A DNA stretch of 64,000 nucleotides, taken from assembly GCA_013336165.1 (NCBI GenBank), contig JAAXUF010000009.1, forward strand, positions 311 to 64,310, written 5' to 3'. The position numbers and the translations under genes were made by a program. The notes under the pieces are model-generated. The model did no database searches and was not told where the DNA came from. It saw nothing but the letters and a program-made list of their open reading frames with translations. This document shows, in pieces, positions 1 through 7,467 of the stretch (position 1 is the stretch's first letter; the number at the start of each line of letters is the position of its first letter). This DNA is from Coriobacteriia bacterium (lineage in GTDB: Bacteria > Actinomycetota > Coriobacteriia > Anaerosomatales > JAAXUF01).

Positions 1-28
1 ACCTTCCGCAGATAGCCTTCCGTATCGT

Positions 29-592
29 ATGCGCGATGACTTTCTCTCTAAGGCGGAGTTGTCGTTCTATCGCGTTCTTCACAATGCGGTCGACGGTCGC
101 GCGGTTATCTGCCCAAAGGTGAACCTGTGTGACGTCTTCTTCGTGGTTCGTCCCAATGAGAACATGGCTGCGCGCGGACGCATCAGCCAGAAGCATGTCG
201 ATTTCCTGCTCTGTGAGTCAGATACGCTGCGTCCAGTGCTCGGCCTGGAGTTGGACGATTCGAGTCATGCTCGGCAGGATCGGCAGCAGCGCGATGAGTT
301 GGTTGACTCGGTGTTTCAAGCAGCGGGACTGCCGTTGCTTCACATTCAGGTTCGATCAAGCTATAGCGTCGGTGAGATCGCGGCCCAACTCGCGCCGTTC
401 CTAAGGGACTCCGGGCGCACTGTGCCAGTTACGCCGCCCGTCGCTGTGTCCTCGGCAGATGGCGCTCCGGTCTGTCCCAAGTGCGGGGTGCAGATGGTGC
501 TTCGAACAGCTGGCCGGGGTGCGCGGCAGGGGGGCCAATTCTACGGGTGTGTCAACTATCCCAAATGCCGCGAAACGGTTCAGCTCGGATGA
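29..592 (+). CDS. DUF2726 domain protein with C-terminal topoisomerase-type C4 zinc finger
   Basis: N-terminal FLSKAELSFYRVL...VDFLLC...LELDDSSH pattern typical of DUF2726. C-terminus CPKCG...FYGCVNYPKC matches the zf-C4 topoisomerase motif. Followed by an attC. Confidence 0.75.
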   Translation: MRDDFLSKAELSFYRVLHNAVDGRAVICPKVNLCDVFFVVRPNENMAARGRISQKHVDFLLCESDTLRPVLGLELDDSSHARQDRQQRDELVDSVFQAAGLPLLHIQVRSSYSVGEIAAQLAPFLRDSGRTVPVTPPVAVSSADGAPVCPKCGVQMVLRTAGRGARQGGQFYGCVNYPKCRETVQLG

Positions 593-609
593 AATGTGTG
601 CGCTGGTGG

Positions 610-695
610 ATCTAACACGTGTTTCGAGCTGACTCGCAGATAGTCGTCGCACTCTGAAAGCGTTACGCTCGCAGCTCAAACACTGGACGTTGGAC
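610..695 (+). repeat. attC site (family A)
   Basis: R''-like ATCTAAC (610-616). Arm GTGTTTCGAGC pairs with GCTCAAACAC leaving one extrahelical C. R' is GTTGGAC (689-695). Lies 18 nt after the stop of the preceding ORF. Confidence 0.7.
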
Positions 696-719
696 AGACC
701 AAACACGAGATTGGGCCAC

Positions 720-1985
720 TTGAGAGTAGCAATCATCGCGCTGGGTAGCCGTGGTGACGTGCAGCCGCACGTTGCGCTCGGGGTGGGACTCAGGCGGGCG
801 GGGCATTCGGTTCGAGTAGTGACTTCCAGCGACTTCGGGGATCTCGTCCGGGCTCACGAACTGGAATTCTGTGACACAGGGGTGAGTACCGAGGCCATCG
901 CCAACGAGATGCATGACCTCCTGGAAGCTGGAAATTTCCTGAAGATCATGACCGCGATGGGTGTTTCGGCAGAACGGGTGGCGGTCCAGGCTGCGACGAA
1001 CGGTCTCGCGGCGTGCAAAGAATCCGACGTAATCTTGAGTGGCCTGGGCGGGCTGTTCGTCGGGCACGCGCTCGCGGAGAAGCTTGGTGTTCCGTTCGTA
1101 CAGGCCTACCTGTATCCGTTCTCGCCAACCCGCGAGTTTCCCGGCGTGCTCACGCCAGTGCCTCAGACACCGCTCACGTCTTGGGCGAACGCTCCGTCAC
1201 ATCGCGCCACCCGGCAGATGCTGTGGCAGACGACTCGATCGGCGGACGCCACCGTCCGGGTGAAGGTCCTGGGTCTCAAGCCGTCGGCCTTCTGGGGTCC
1301 GTTCGGCGAACTGGCTGGCGAGGACCAACTGAGCCTGTACGGATACAGCGAGCATGTGATCCCGGTACCGCATGATTGGCCGCCCCAGAATCATGTCACG
1401 GGCTACTGGTTCCTTGAGCCTTCCTTGGAGTGGCGTCCGCCGACAGAACTGGTTGCCTTCCTTGAGGCGGGTCCGCCGCCGGTGTACGTCGGGTTCGGAA
1501 GCATGGGGAGCAAGAACCCGGAGGCGACGGCGGATCTGGTGCTGGAGTCCCTGCGACGGACCGGGCAGCGCGGCGTTCTCTCTTCCGGATGGGGCGGGCT
1601 AACAAAGAACGATCTCCCCGACTCCGTGTGCATGATAGGTTCAATCCCGCATGCTTGGCTTTTCTCTCGCATGACGGCAATCGTCCATCATGGCGGCGCT
1701 GGAACGACGGCTGCGGCGTTGTCGGCTGGCGTACCTTCGATCGTGACACCCGTGATGGGGGACCAGGCCTTCTGGGCGGGGTGTGTCAGCGGCCTTGGGG
1801 TCGGTCCCAAGGCGGTCCCTCGGCGCAAACTCACCGTCGAACGTCTGAGCCGGGCGATCGAGGCCGCCGTCAGCGATAGCGCGATGCGCGCGAGGTCGGC
1901 GAATCTCGGCGAGCAGATTCGGGCAGAGGACGGGATCACCAAAGCCGTCGACCTGATCGAGCGGCGCTTCGAGACGGCACGGTAA
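720..1985 (+). CDS. GT1-family glycosyltransferase (MGT / sterol-glucosyltransferase-like)
   Basis: N-terminal (M)RVAIIALGSRGDVQP and C-terminal HHGGAGTTAAAL..GVP....P..GDQ..WA nucleotide-sugar signature. The track start at 690 is the attC R' box itself, so the in-frame TTG at 720 is preferred. Confidence 0.85.
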   Translation: MRVAIIALGSRGDVQPHVALGVGLRRAGHSVRVVTSSDFGDLVRAHELEFCDTGVSTEAIANEMHDLLEAGNFLKIMTAMGVSAERVAVQAATNGLAACKESDVILSGLGGLFVGHALAEKLGVPFVQAYLYPFSPTREFPGVLTPVPQTPLTSWANAPSHRATRQMLWQTTRSADATVRVKVLGLKPSAFWGPFGELAGEDQLSLYGYSEHVIPVPHDWPPQNHVTGYWFLEPSLEWRPPTELVAFLEAGPPPVYVGFGSMGSKNPEATADLVLESLRRTGQRGVLSSGWGGLTKNDLPDSVCMIGSIPHAWLFSRMTAIVHHGGAGTTAAALSAGVPSIVTPVMGDQAFWAGCVSGLGVGPKAVPRRKLTVERLSRAIEAAVSDSAMRARSANLGEQIRAEDGITKAVDLIERRFETAR

Positions 1986-1988
1986 GCT

Positions 1989-2044
1989 GTCCAACGGATC
2001 AACCTGACTCGCTACGCTCGCAGGTTATCCGCCCAACGTTAGCT
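1989..2044 (+). repeat. short attC site
   Basis: GTCCAAC (1989-1995). Arm GGATCAACCTG pairs with CAGGTTATCC with one bulged C. Ends in GTTAGCT (2038-2044). 56 bp, starting 3 nt after the stop codon. Confidence 0.55.
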
Positions 2045-2145
2045 CAACCCATGAGCGAGTTCCGGGTTCGGCGTAGCTTTCGTTGTTGGAACCTGTCGCT
2101 GAATGCTACGATTAGGAAATTCGGCCGACTGAAAGGAGGCGACGG

Positions 2146-2220
2146 ATGCATCACATAGGGTCATCGGCGTTCACAGCGCCCATGTATTCGTATGCCTCCA
2201 TTCCGGTGCCCCGCATCTGA
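2146..2220 (+). CDS. Candidate 24-aa leader micro-ORF (MHHIGSSAFTAPMYSYASIPVPRI)
   Basis: Strong SD AAAGGAGG 6 nt upstream of the ATG. The stop codon sits in the loop of a hairpin (GGTGCCCCGC 2205-2214 / GCGGGCACC 2228-2236) just upstream of rsgA. Not in the ORF track because it is under 60 aa. Confidence 0.25.
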   Translation: MHHIGSSAFTAPMYSYASIPVPRI

Positions 2221-2254
2221 CTTGACTGCGGGCACCTCGTCGGAAGGACCCGCG

Positions 2255-3349
2255 ATGCTCAATACCCCTGCGTTGTGTCTCCTCGGCTACTCGCCGCGCT
2301 GGCAGGCGCTATTTGCTCAATTCGACGGCACGGACACATATCCGGCCCGCGTAGTCCGTGCTGATCGAGGAAGCGCGTTGATCGCGTCATCGGACGGCAT
2401 ATGCCGTGCGAAGCCCTCGACCGCTCTAGTGAAAGCTGCTCGCGGCTCTATCGACTTGCCTGTCGTTGGTGACTGGGTTGTAGTTCATGCCCCGCAAGGT
2501 ATCGACGTACCTCTCATCGAGGCAGTATTGGCGCGCACGAGCGCAATCACCAGAGGTGATCCGGGAGAGCCCTCTGTCGCCCAAATCCTCGCTGCCAATG
2601 TCGATACCGTGTTCCTCGTCCATCCCATTGACGCGGGACCCAATCTCCGTCGCATCGAGCGCGAGTTGTCGCTGGTCTGGGATTCGGGAGCCGTTCCTGC
2701 AGTTGTTCTGACCAAGGCCGACGCATCTGCCGCACCCGACGCTGCTCTTGCGGCAGTCCAGGCCGTGGCAATCGGGTGTGAAGTTCTTGTCACAAGTGCC
2801 GTAAGTGGCCTCGGCGTGGACTTGCTGCCCCGCTACGTGGAAGATCGAAAGACGGCGGTGTTGCTGGGGCCTTCTGGGGCGGGCAAGTCGACGCTGACCA
2901 ACGCGCTCCTCGGCGAAGAGCGTCAGGAGACGTGCGGAGTTCGCATGAGCGACCATCGAGGTAGGCACACAACGGTCGTACGCGAGTTGATTCAGCTGCC
3001 CGGTGGGGGCATCCTTATTGATACCCCGGGGTTGCGCGCGCTTGCGTTGACCGGTTCAGAAGTCGGTATCGCCGCAACCTTCCCAGAGATCGAGGAGGAG
3101 GCGCGCTCCTGTCGTTTTCGGGATTGCACTCACAACGACGAGCCGGGCTGCGCAGTTCGGGCTGCCGTTGAGTTGGGCAAACTGCCCGCGAGTCGCTTGG
3201 CGAACTATCACAAGCTGATGCGTGAAGCAGAGGTCGCTGCGATGAAGACCGACTGCCGCCTTCGGGCTGAGGAGGTTCGGAAGTGGAAGGTCATCCAGAA
3301 AGCGGCCAAGGACTTCCACAGGCAAACCGGCAAGCCACCCCAGCGGTGA
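2255..3349 (+). CDS. rsgA: Ribosome small-subunit biogenesis GTPase RsgA (YjeQ)
   Basis: Circularly permuted GTPase order: LTKAD (G4), then GPSGAGKSTL (G1), then DTPG (G3). C-terminal zinc motif CRFRDCTHNDEPGC. Start taken at the internal ATG (MLNTPAL...). Confidence 0.9.
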   Translation: MLNTPALCLLGYSPRWQALFAQFDGTDTYPARVVRADRGSALIASSDGICRAKPSTALVKAARGSIDLPVVGDWVVVHAPQGIDVPLIEAVLARTSAITRGDPGEPSVAQILAANVDTVFLVHPIDAGPNLRRIERELSLVWDSGAVPAVVLTKADASAAPDAALAAVQAVAIGCEVLVTSAVSGLGVDLLPRYVEDRKTAVLLGPSGAGKSTLTNALLGEERQETCGVRMSDHRGRHTTVVRELIQLPGGGILIDTPGLRALALTGSEVGIAATFPEIEEEARSCRFRDCTHNDEPGCAVRAAVELGKLPASRLANYHKLMREAEVAAMKTDCRLRAEEVRKWKVIQKAAKDFHRQTGKPPQR

Positions 3350-3433
3350 GGCCGGCGGACGCTTCGGGCAGGCGACGAAAGAGGTACGATTCCCGAAGCA
3401 CTAGGCTCGCAGCTCAAATGTCAGATGTTAGCC
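3347..3433 (+). repeat. attC site (mixed type)
   Basis: Long imperfect palindrome (GCTTCGGG...CCCGAAGC core). Its right end is homologous to family A (CTCGCAGCTCAAATG) and it ends in GTTAGCC (3427-3433). The rsgA stop TGA is at its left edge. Confidence 0.5.
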
Positions 3434-3453
3434 GTATTGCTGGGAGGTCAGCA

Positions 3454-4092
3454 TTGCTGGGACCGGATCCAAACACCAAGCACCCGATGGCTGGCTTTCC
3501 ACAGGTCTGTTTCATCAAGAACACGGTATCCAGTCCCAACATCCTTATCGGGGACTACACCTACTATGATGACCCTGTGGACTCGGAGGATTTCGAGCGC
3601 AATGTTCTCTACCACTACCCGTTCATGGGCGACAAGCTGATCATCGGCAAGTTCTGCGCCCTGGCTACCGGTGTTCGGTTCATCATGAACGGCGCCAACC
3701 ACAAGTTGAGTGGCCTATCGACATATCCGTTCAGCATCTTCGGCAATGGGTGGGAGCGCGTCACTCCGTCAATGGATGAGTTGCCCGTAAAGGGCGACAC
3801 CGTGATCGGCAATGACGTATGGATCGGATACGAGTCGCTCGTCATGCCCGGCGTGCACATCGGCAACGGTGCGATCGTTGCCGCTCGGTCTGTGATCGTC
3901 TCGGACGTCGAGCCCTACATGATCGTCGGGGGCAATCCCGCTCGGCCCATCCGGCCGCGTTTCTCGCAGGACGTGATTGATGCACTACAGGAGATCGCAT
4001 GGTGGGACTGGGACGTCGCAAGGATCTCGGACAATCTGGAGGCCATTGTCGGCGGCGATATCGACTTGCTTAGAAGTGCGGGAAACGGCTAA
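3454..4092 (+). CDS. Xenobiotic acyltransferase (XAT) family, Vat-type streptogramin A O-acetyltransferase
   Basis: LGPDPNTKHPM...YHYPFMGDKLIIGKFCA...IMNGANH...YPF..FGNGWE...GDT.IGNDVWIG...GGNPA..IR.RF...WW.W matches my recollection of Vat(D)-like proteins end to end. TTG start at 3454 has GGGAGG 6 nt upstream and lies after the attC crossover point. Confidence 0.85.
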   Translation: MLGPDPNTKHPMAGFPQVCFIKNTVSSPNILIGDYTYYDDPVDSEDFERNVLYHYPFMGDKLIIGKFCALATGVRFIMNGANHKLSGLSTYPFSIFGNGWERVTPSMDELPVKGDTVIGNDVWIGYESLVMPGVHIGNGAIVAARSVIVSDVEPYMIVGGNPARPIRPRFSQDVIDALQEIAWWDWDVARISDNLEAIVGGDIDLLRSAGNG

Positions 4093-4170
4093 CAAAGGCA
4101 TCAGCAGAACGCCAAGAAGTAGACTGACCTGAGAGGCTATGCGCGTCTGCTCATGCCTCAGACGTTAGGC
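4087..4170 (+). repeat. attC site (family B)
   Basis: GGCTAAC (contains the vat TAA stop). Arm GGCATCAGCAGAACGC pairs with GCGTCTGCTCATGCC leaving bulges. R' is GTTAGGC (4164-4170). Confidence 0.75.
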
Positions 4171-4258
4171 TGACTGACTCGCAGATGGTCGTCGCTCTCC
4201 GAAAAGCGCTACTCTTTCAAGAGCGGCGCGGCCGCTGCTCAAACGTCAAACGTCAGAC
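4171..4258 (+). repeat. attC remnant (family A/C core and right arm only), abutting the previous attC
   Basis: Begins directly with the TGACTGACTCGCAGATGGTCGTCGC core. It has no left arm and ends GCTCAAACGTCAAACGTCAGAC (degenerate R' GTCAGAC). Confidence 0.5.
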
Positions 4259-4282
4259 CCATCAGCGAGACAAGGGGGTCGG

Positions 4283-4935
4283 GTGCGCGCCATCGTGCGT
4301 TCAGCTGGGAGGCTTCCGGAGGGGACTGCGGATGATCCGCGACTGACGGTTGTTGAGGCCGACCTCCTGTCCCTTAGCGCCGAGGATCTTGTTGAGCACG
4401 TTCGCGGCTGTGATGCAGTCATCTCGTGTCTCGGTCACGTCATCAGCGTCAAGGGAGTGCTTGGTCCACCGTATGATCTAGTCACACGGGCCACGGCGCG
4501 ACTCTGTGAGGCGATTCAAGATTCGCAGCCGGATGCGCCCGTGAAATACATCCTCATGAGCAGCGTCTCAGTCGATCACCCTGACGCGCCCGATGAGCGG
4601 CGCGGCACGATGGAAGAGGTGCTCCTATGGGTTCTCCGCGGGTTGGTCCCTCCGTCAAGGGACAACCAGCGAGCTGCGGGCTTCCTTCATGGCGAGATGG
4701 GGCGAGCAATCCATTCGTGCGGTGGGTCACGGTTCGCCCGGACACTCTCATAGAGGGTGAGGCTTCGGCATACTCGCTTCACGAGAACCTAGTGAGCAGC
4801 CTCTTCAAGCCGGGCAGTACGAACATGGCGAACGTTGCGAGTTTCATGTGCGACCTAGCAACTGATCCTGAATCGTGGGACAGGTGGGAGGGCAGACTGC
4901 CCGTGATCGTCAACGAATCTAGTTCAGAAGGGTGA
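4283..4935 (+). pseudogene. NAD(P)-binding (NmrA/SDR-like) protein, N-terminally truncated and frameshifted
   Basis: Two overlapping frames (4283-4753 and 4627-4935) read as one protein, with a shift near 4700 (...FLHGEMG / NPFVRWVTVRPDTLIEG...). The Rossmann GxxGxxG N-terminus is missing. Confidence 0.6.
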
Positions 4936-4949
4936 CAATGAGGGCGTAA

Positions 4950-5037
4950 GTTCAAGTAAACGTTTCGAGCAGACTCGCAGATAGCGTTCGTGCTCTGAAA
5001 GCGCTACGCGCGCTGGCTCAAACGTTAGACGTTGGGC
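4950..5037 (+). repeat. attC site (family A)
   Basis: GTTCAAG..AACGTTTCGAGC pairs with GCTCAAACGTT leaving an extrahelical C. Shares the ACTCGCAGATAGCGTTCG core. R' is GTTGGGC (5031-5037). Confidence 0.7.
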
Positions 5038-5058
5038 AGACACACTGAGGGGGCGCCC

Positions 5059-5505
5059 ATGAAGCGTTACGATTGGCTCCGGCTGGTTCTGTGCGGTCTC
5101 GTGGCCGGTGCGGTCTGGAATCTGAGCTCGGCGGTGCTCCTTGCGGTCCTTGCACCTGACTTCGTGCCCTTGATGCAAGGGAGCGCACCCTATCCTGCAT
5201 TTGGTGGCGAGGTCTTCTATGTCGTCGATCTTACTATGGGGATATGGGCGGTCTGGCTATTCTCGGCAATCACCCCTCGGTATGGAGCGGGACCGGTGAC
5301 TGCGGCCATCGTCGGTGTCGCTTGGTGGCTCTTGGCTACTCTCCAGAGCGTCAAGTGGGTAGCACTGGGGTTCGCTGAGCTCGGAGCGGACGTTCTTCTG
5401 CTGGGGGCTTTGACGTTGGGCGCAGCGATTCTCGCGTCAGCGGCAGGCGCATGGCTCTACCGCAGAGCGTCCAAGCCATCGCCGCAACGCCCTTCAGCGA
5501 CGTAG
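5059..5505 (+). CDS. Hypothetical integral membrane protein
   Basis: About four hydrophobic helices. ATG has GAGGGGG 5 nt upstream and lies after the attC crossover. Confidence 0.55.
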   Translation: MKRYDWLRLVLCGLVAGAVWNLSSAVLLAVLAPDFVPLMQGSAPYPAFGGEVFYVVDLTMGIWAVWLFSAITPRYGAGPVTAAIVGVAWWLLATLQSVKWVALGFAELGADVLLLGALTLGAAILASAAGAWLYRRASKPSPQRPSAT

Positions 5506-5723
5506 GGGGCAGAGTCGCTATCATCCCGGTCGCCCGGCGTGATGTGGATCGCCATGATTGACGTGGCAAGCGCTTGGGCCGCTGCCCCGGCAAGTCTTCC
5601 AGCTGACGCGCTAGGCGGTGGCGTATCCTGCAAGTTGAGTGGCGCGCAGCTGAAGCGCCACTTGGACAGACGGTGGAGTGCCCCTCGCCTGCGGGGAGAC
5701 CGAATCGCACTTGGGAGGTTTAC

Positions 5724-6335
5724 GTGTTCACTGCGCAATTCCTGCTGACTGCACTCGTGGTTGTGCTGATCCCGGGTACAGGAGCGCTCTACACGATCTC
5801 GACCGGGATTGCCCGCGGCTCACGCGTTGGGGTGGCTGCTGCTTTCGGGTGCACGATCGGGATCGTGCCGCATCTTCTGGCGAGCGCTTTGGGGCTCTCG
5901 GCGATCATAAACATGGGAGCTCAGGTCTTCTCGGGAGTCAAGCTTGCCGGGGCTTGCTACCTGCTCTATCTGGCATGGCAGACGTGGAAAGAAGCAGGCC
6001 GGTTCTCAGCTCAAGGGGATACCGTTGAGCGCGGGCTGGCAGAAGTGGCGTGGCGGGGTGTGGCACTTAATCTCCTCAACCCCAAGCTCACCATCTTCTT
6101 TCTCGCGTTCCTGCCCAACTTCATCACTCCCGGCTCATCGGCGATGCAGCAGCTGGCGGGGTTGAGTGCGGTGTTTATGGTCATGACGTTTGTCGTCTTT
6201 TCCCTCTACGCCGTCATTGCGAGTGCGGCGCGCTTGATCTTCAGCGGGACTTCGCAAGCGATGCGCTGGCTCCAGCGGTCATTCGCTGTCGTGTTCGCCG
6301 GTTTGGCCGTGGAGTTGGCCTTGAGCGATCGGTGA
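5724..6335 (+). CDS. LysE/RhtB-family amino-acid exporter
   Basis: N-terminal FLLTALVVVLIPGTGALY motif and a six-helix pattern typical of the LysE family. GTG start with GGGAGG upstream. Confidence 0.8.
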   Translation: MFTAQFLLTALVVVLIPGTGALYTISTGIARGSRVGVAAAFGCTIGIVPHLLASALGLSAIINMGAQVFSGVKLAGACYLLYLAWQTWKEAGRFSAQGDTVERGLAEVAWRGVALNLLNPKLTIFFLAFLPNFITPGSSAMQQLAGLSAVFMVMTFVVFSLYAVIASAARLIFSGTSQAMRWLQRSFAVVFAGLAVELALSDR

Positions 6336-6354
6336 TGAGGTTGGACGGTCTTGA

Positions 6355-6462
6355 CTCTAACAAACGTTTCGAGTTGACTCGCAGAAGGTTTGCGCCTTCT
6401 GAGAGCGCTAGCGCTACTCTGATGACTGTGCATCGCCGCCGCTGATGCCTCAGACGCTGGGC
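6355..6462 (+). repeat. Chimeric attC site (family A left half, family B right arm)
   Basis: Left half CTCTAACAAACGTTTCGAGTTGACTCGCAGAAGG. Right arm GCCGCTGATGCCTCAGACGCTGGGC, with R' GCTGGGC at 6456-6462. Confidence 0.6.
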
Positions 6463-6547
6463 AGACGAGGGCGGGGCCGGAGTGGCTGGCGCATTTGGGT
6501 GTTCCTGTCAGACAGCGCCTTGTCGCTTGAGTAGGGGGTTGGCATTC

Positions 6548-7084
6548 GTGAAGTACGTCGCGTTGCTGCGCGGGATCAATGTCGGCAAGGGTGCTCGCGT
6601 GCCCATGAAGACCCTGCAGGTTCTTTTCGAGGGTCTCGGGCTTCGCGACGTTGTCACTTACTTGAACTCGGGCAATGTAGTATTCAGCTCATCTCTGAGT
6701 GCCCTTGATCTTGCGTGTGTGCTCGAAGACGAGCTTGAGCGAGCGTTCGGCGCGAAGATCCCGACTCTGGTGAAGACGTCGGCGGATGTGATCGCGATAG
6801 CGGACTCGATACCGAGCGAGTGGGGAAACGGCGAGGGCGAACAGACCTATGTCGCGTATCTGTTCAGTGATGTCGACAAGCCGGATCTCATGTCGGAGCT
6901 GCCGGTCAGAATGGAGTACTTGACTATCTTCTACACGCCCGGGGCCATCGTCTGGAACATCAAGCGAGAGAACTACAATCGCAGCCACATCACCAGAATC
7001 GCGGGACACAGCTCCTACTCTCGGATGACCACGAGGAACGTCAACACGGCGAGGAAGCTCGCGGCGCTTTGCGCTGAGTCCTGA
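6548..7084 (+). CDS. DUF1697 family protein
   Basis: VKYVALLRGINVGKGARVPMKTL...TYLNSGNVVF is the characteristic DUF1697 N-terminus. GTG start with GGGGG upstream. Confidence 0.8.
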   Translation: MKYVALLRGINVGKGARVPMKTLQVLFEGLGLRDVVTYLNSGNVVFSSSLSALDLACVLEDELERAFGAKIPTLVKTSADVIAIADSIPSEWGNGEGEQTYVAYLFSDVDKPDLMSELPVRMEYLTIFYTPGAIVWNIKRENYNRSHITRIAGHSSYSRMTTRNVNTARKLAALCAES

Positions 7085-7100
7085 CGGCGGTGTCGCTGCC

Positions 7101-7179
7101 TGACAACGTTTCGAGCAGACGGCGAAGGGGTACCCTTTCGAGAGCAACACGCCTGCCGCTCAAACGTCAGACGTTGGGC
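7101..7179 (+). repeat. attC site (family A/C)
   Basis: TGACAAC, then CGTTTCGAGCAGACGGCG pairing with CGCCTGCCGCTCAAACG with bulges. R' is GTTGGGC (7173-7179). Confidence 0.7.
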
Positions 7180-7258
7180 GGACGAAAGAGTTCTGAGTCT
7201 CTCGACCGTGAGCCAAACTCATCCCGATGCGCCGAGCCGCTGATGCACCACGTTAGAC
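7180..7258 (+). repeat. attC remnant (family B right arm only), abutting the previous attC
   Basis: GCCGCTGATGCACCACGTTAGAC is homologous to the right arm at 6438-6462. Ends in GTTAGAC (7252-7258). No convincing left arm. Confidence 0.4.
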
Positions 7259-7270
7259 GGAGAAAACGCC

Positions 7271-7363
7271 ATGAGCTTTCAGGAATCGATTCGCGTGTGT
7301 TTGACGAAGTACGCTGACTTCAGCGGCCGTGCCTCGAGGCCTGCAATGGGGACATATTCATGA
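7271..7363 (+). pseudogene. DUF805 (YhaH-like) N-terminal fragment
   Basis: MSFQESIRVCLTKYADFSGRASR matches the conserved DUF805 N-terminus as I recall it. The frame stops after 30 codons, before any transmembrane segment. Confidence 0.4.
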
Positions 7364-7467
7364 AATGCGTTTCGTGCAACGGTGCACGAAACATCGGGTG
7401 TTCTGCCTGTGGGGCAACCGGGAGAAGGACTTGCGCATCCTGTAGTGGTACAGGTCTCGAGCAATAG
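7360..7467 (+). CDS. 35-aa CxxC-rich zinc-ribbon-like micro-ORF
   Basis: MKCVSCNGARNIGCSACGATGRRTCASCSGTGLEQ has three CxxC(x)G repeats resembling a DnaJ-type zinc finger. ATG overlaps the previous stop (ATGA). May be a fragment. Confidence 0.25.
   Translation: MKCVSCNGARNIGCSACGATGRRTCASCSGTGLEQ

Noticed and set aside
401-736. Minus-strand ORFs 401-736, 6206-6433 and 7279-7731, which share peptide strings such as RRLSASQLET/SASQLVT
   Set aside because: They run through attC sites, and the shared peptide is simply the reverse-strand translation of the repeat core (..CTGCGAGTCAGC..). They have no RBS and poor composition. They are useful only as a hint that the DNA is repeated.
5482-5667. 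Possible attC between the membrane-protein gene and the LysE gene (CCGCAAC ... GTGGCGC/GCGCCAC hairpin ... CTTGGAC)
   Set aside because: It would be ~186 bp. The boxes are poor (R' starts with C), and only a 7-bp local hairpin supports it. I treat 5038-6462 as one two-gene cassette.
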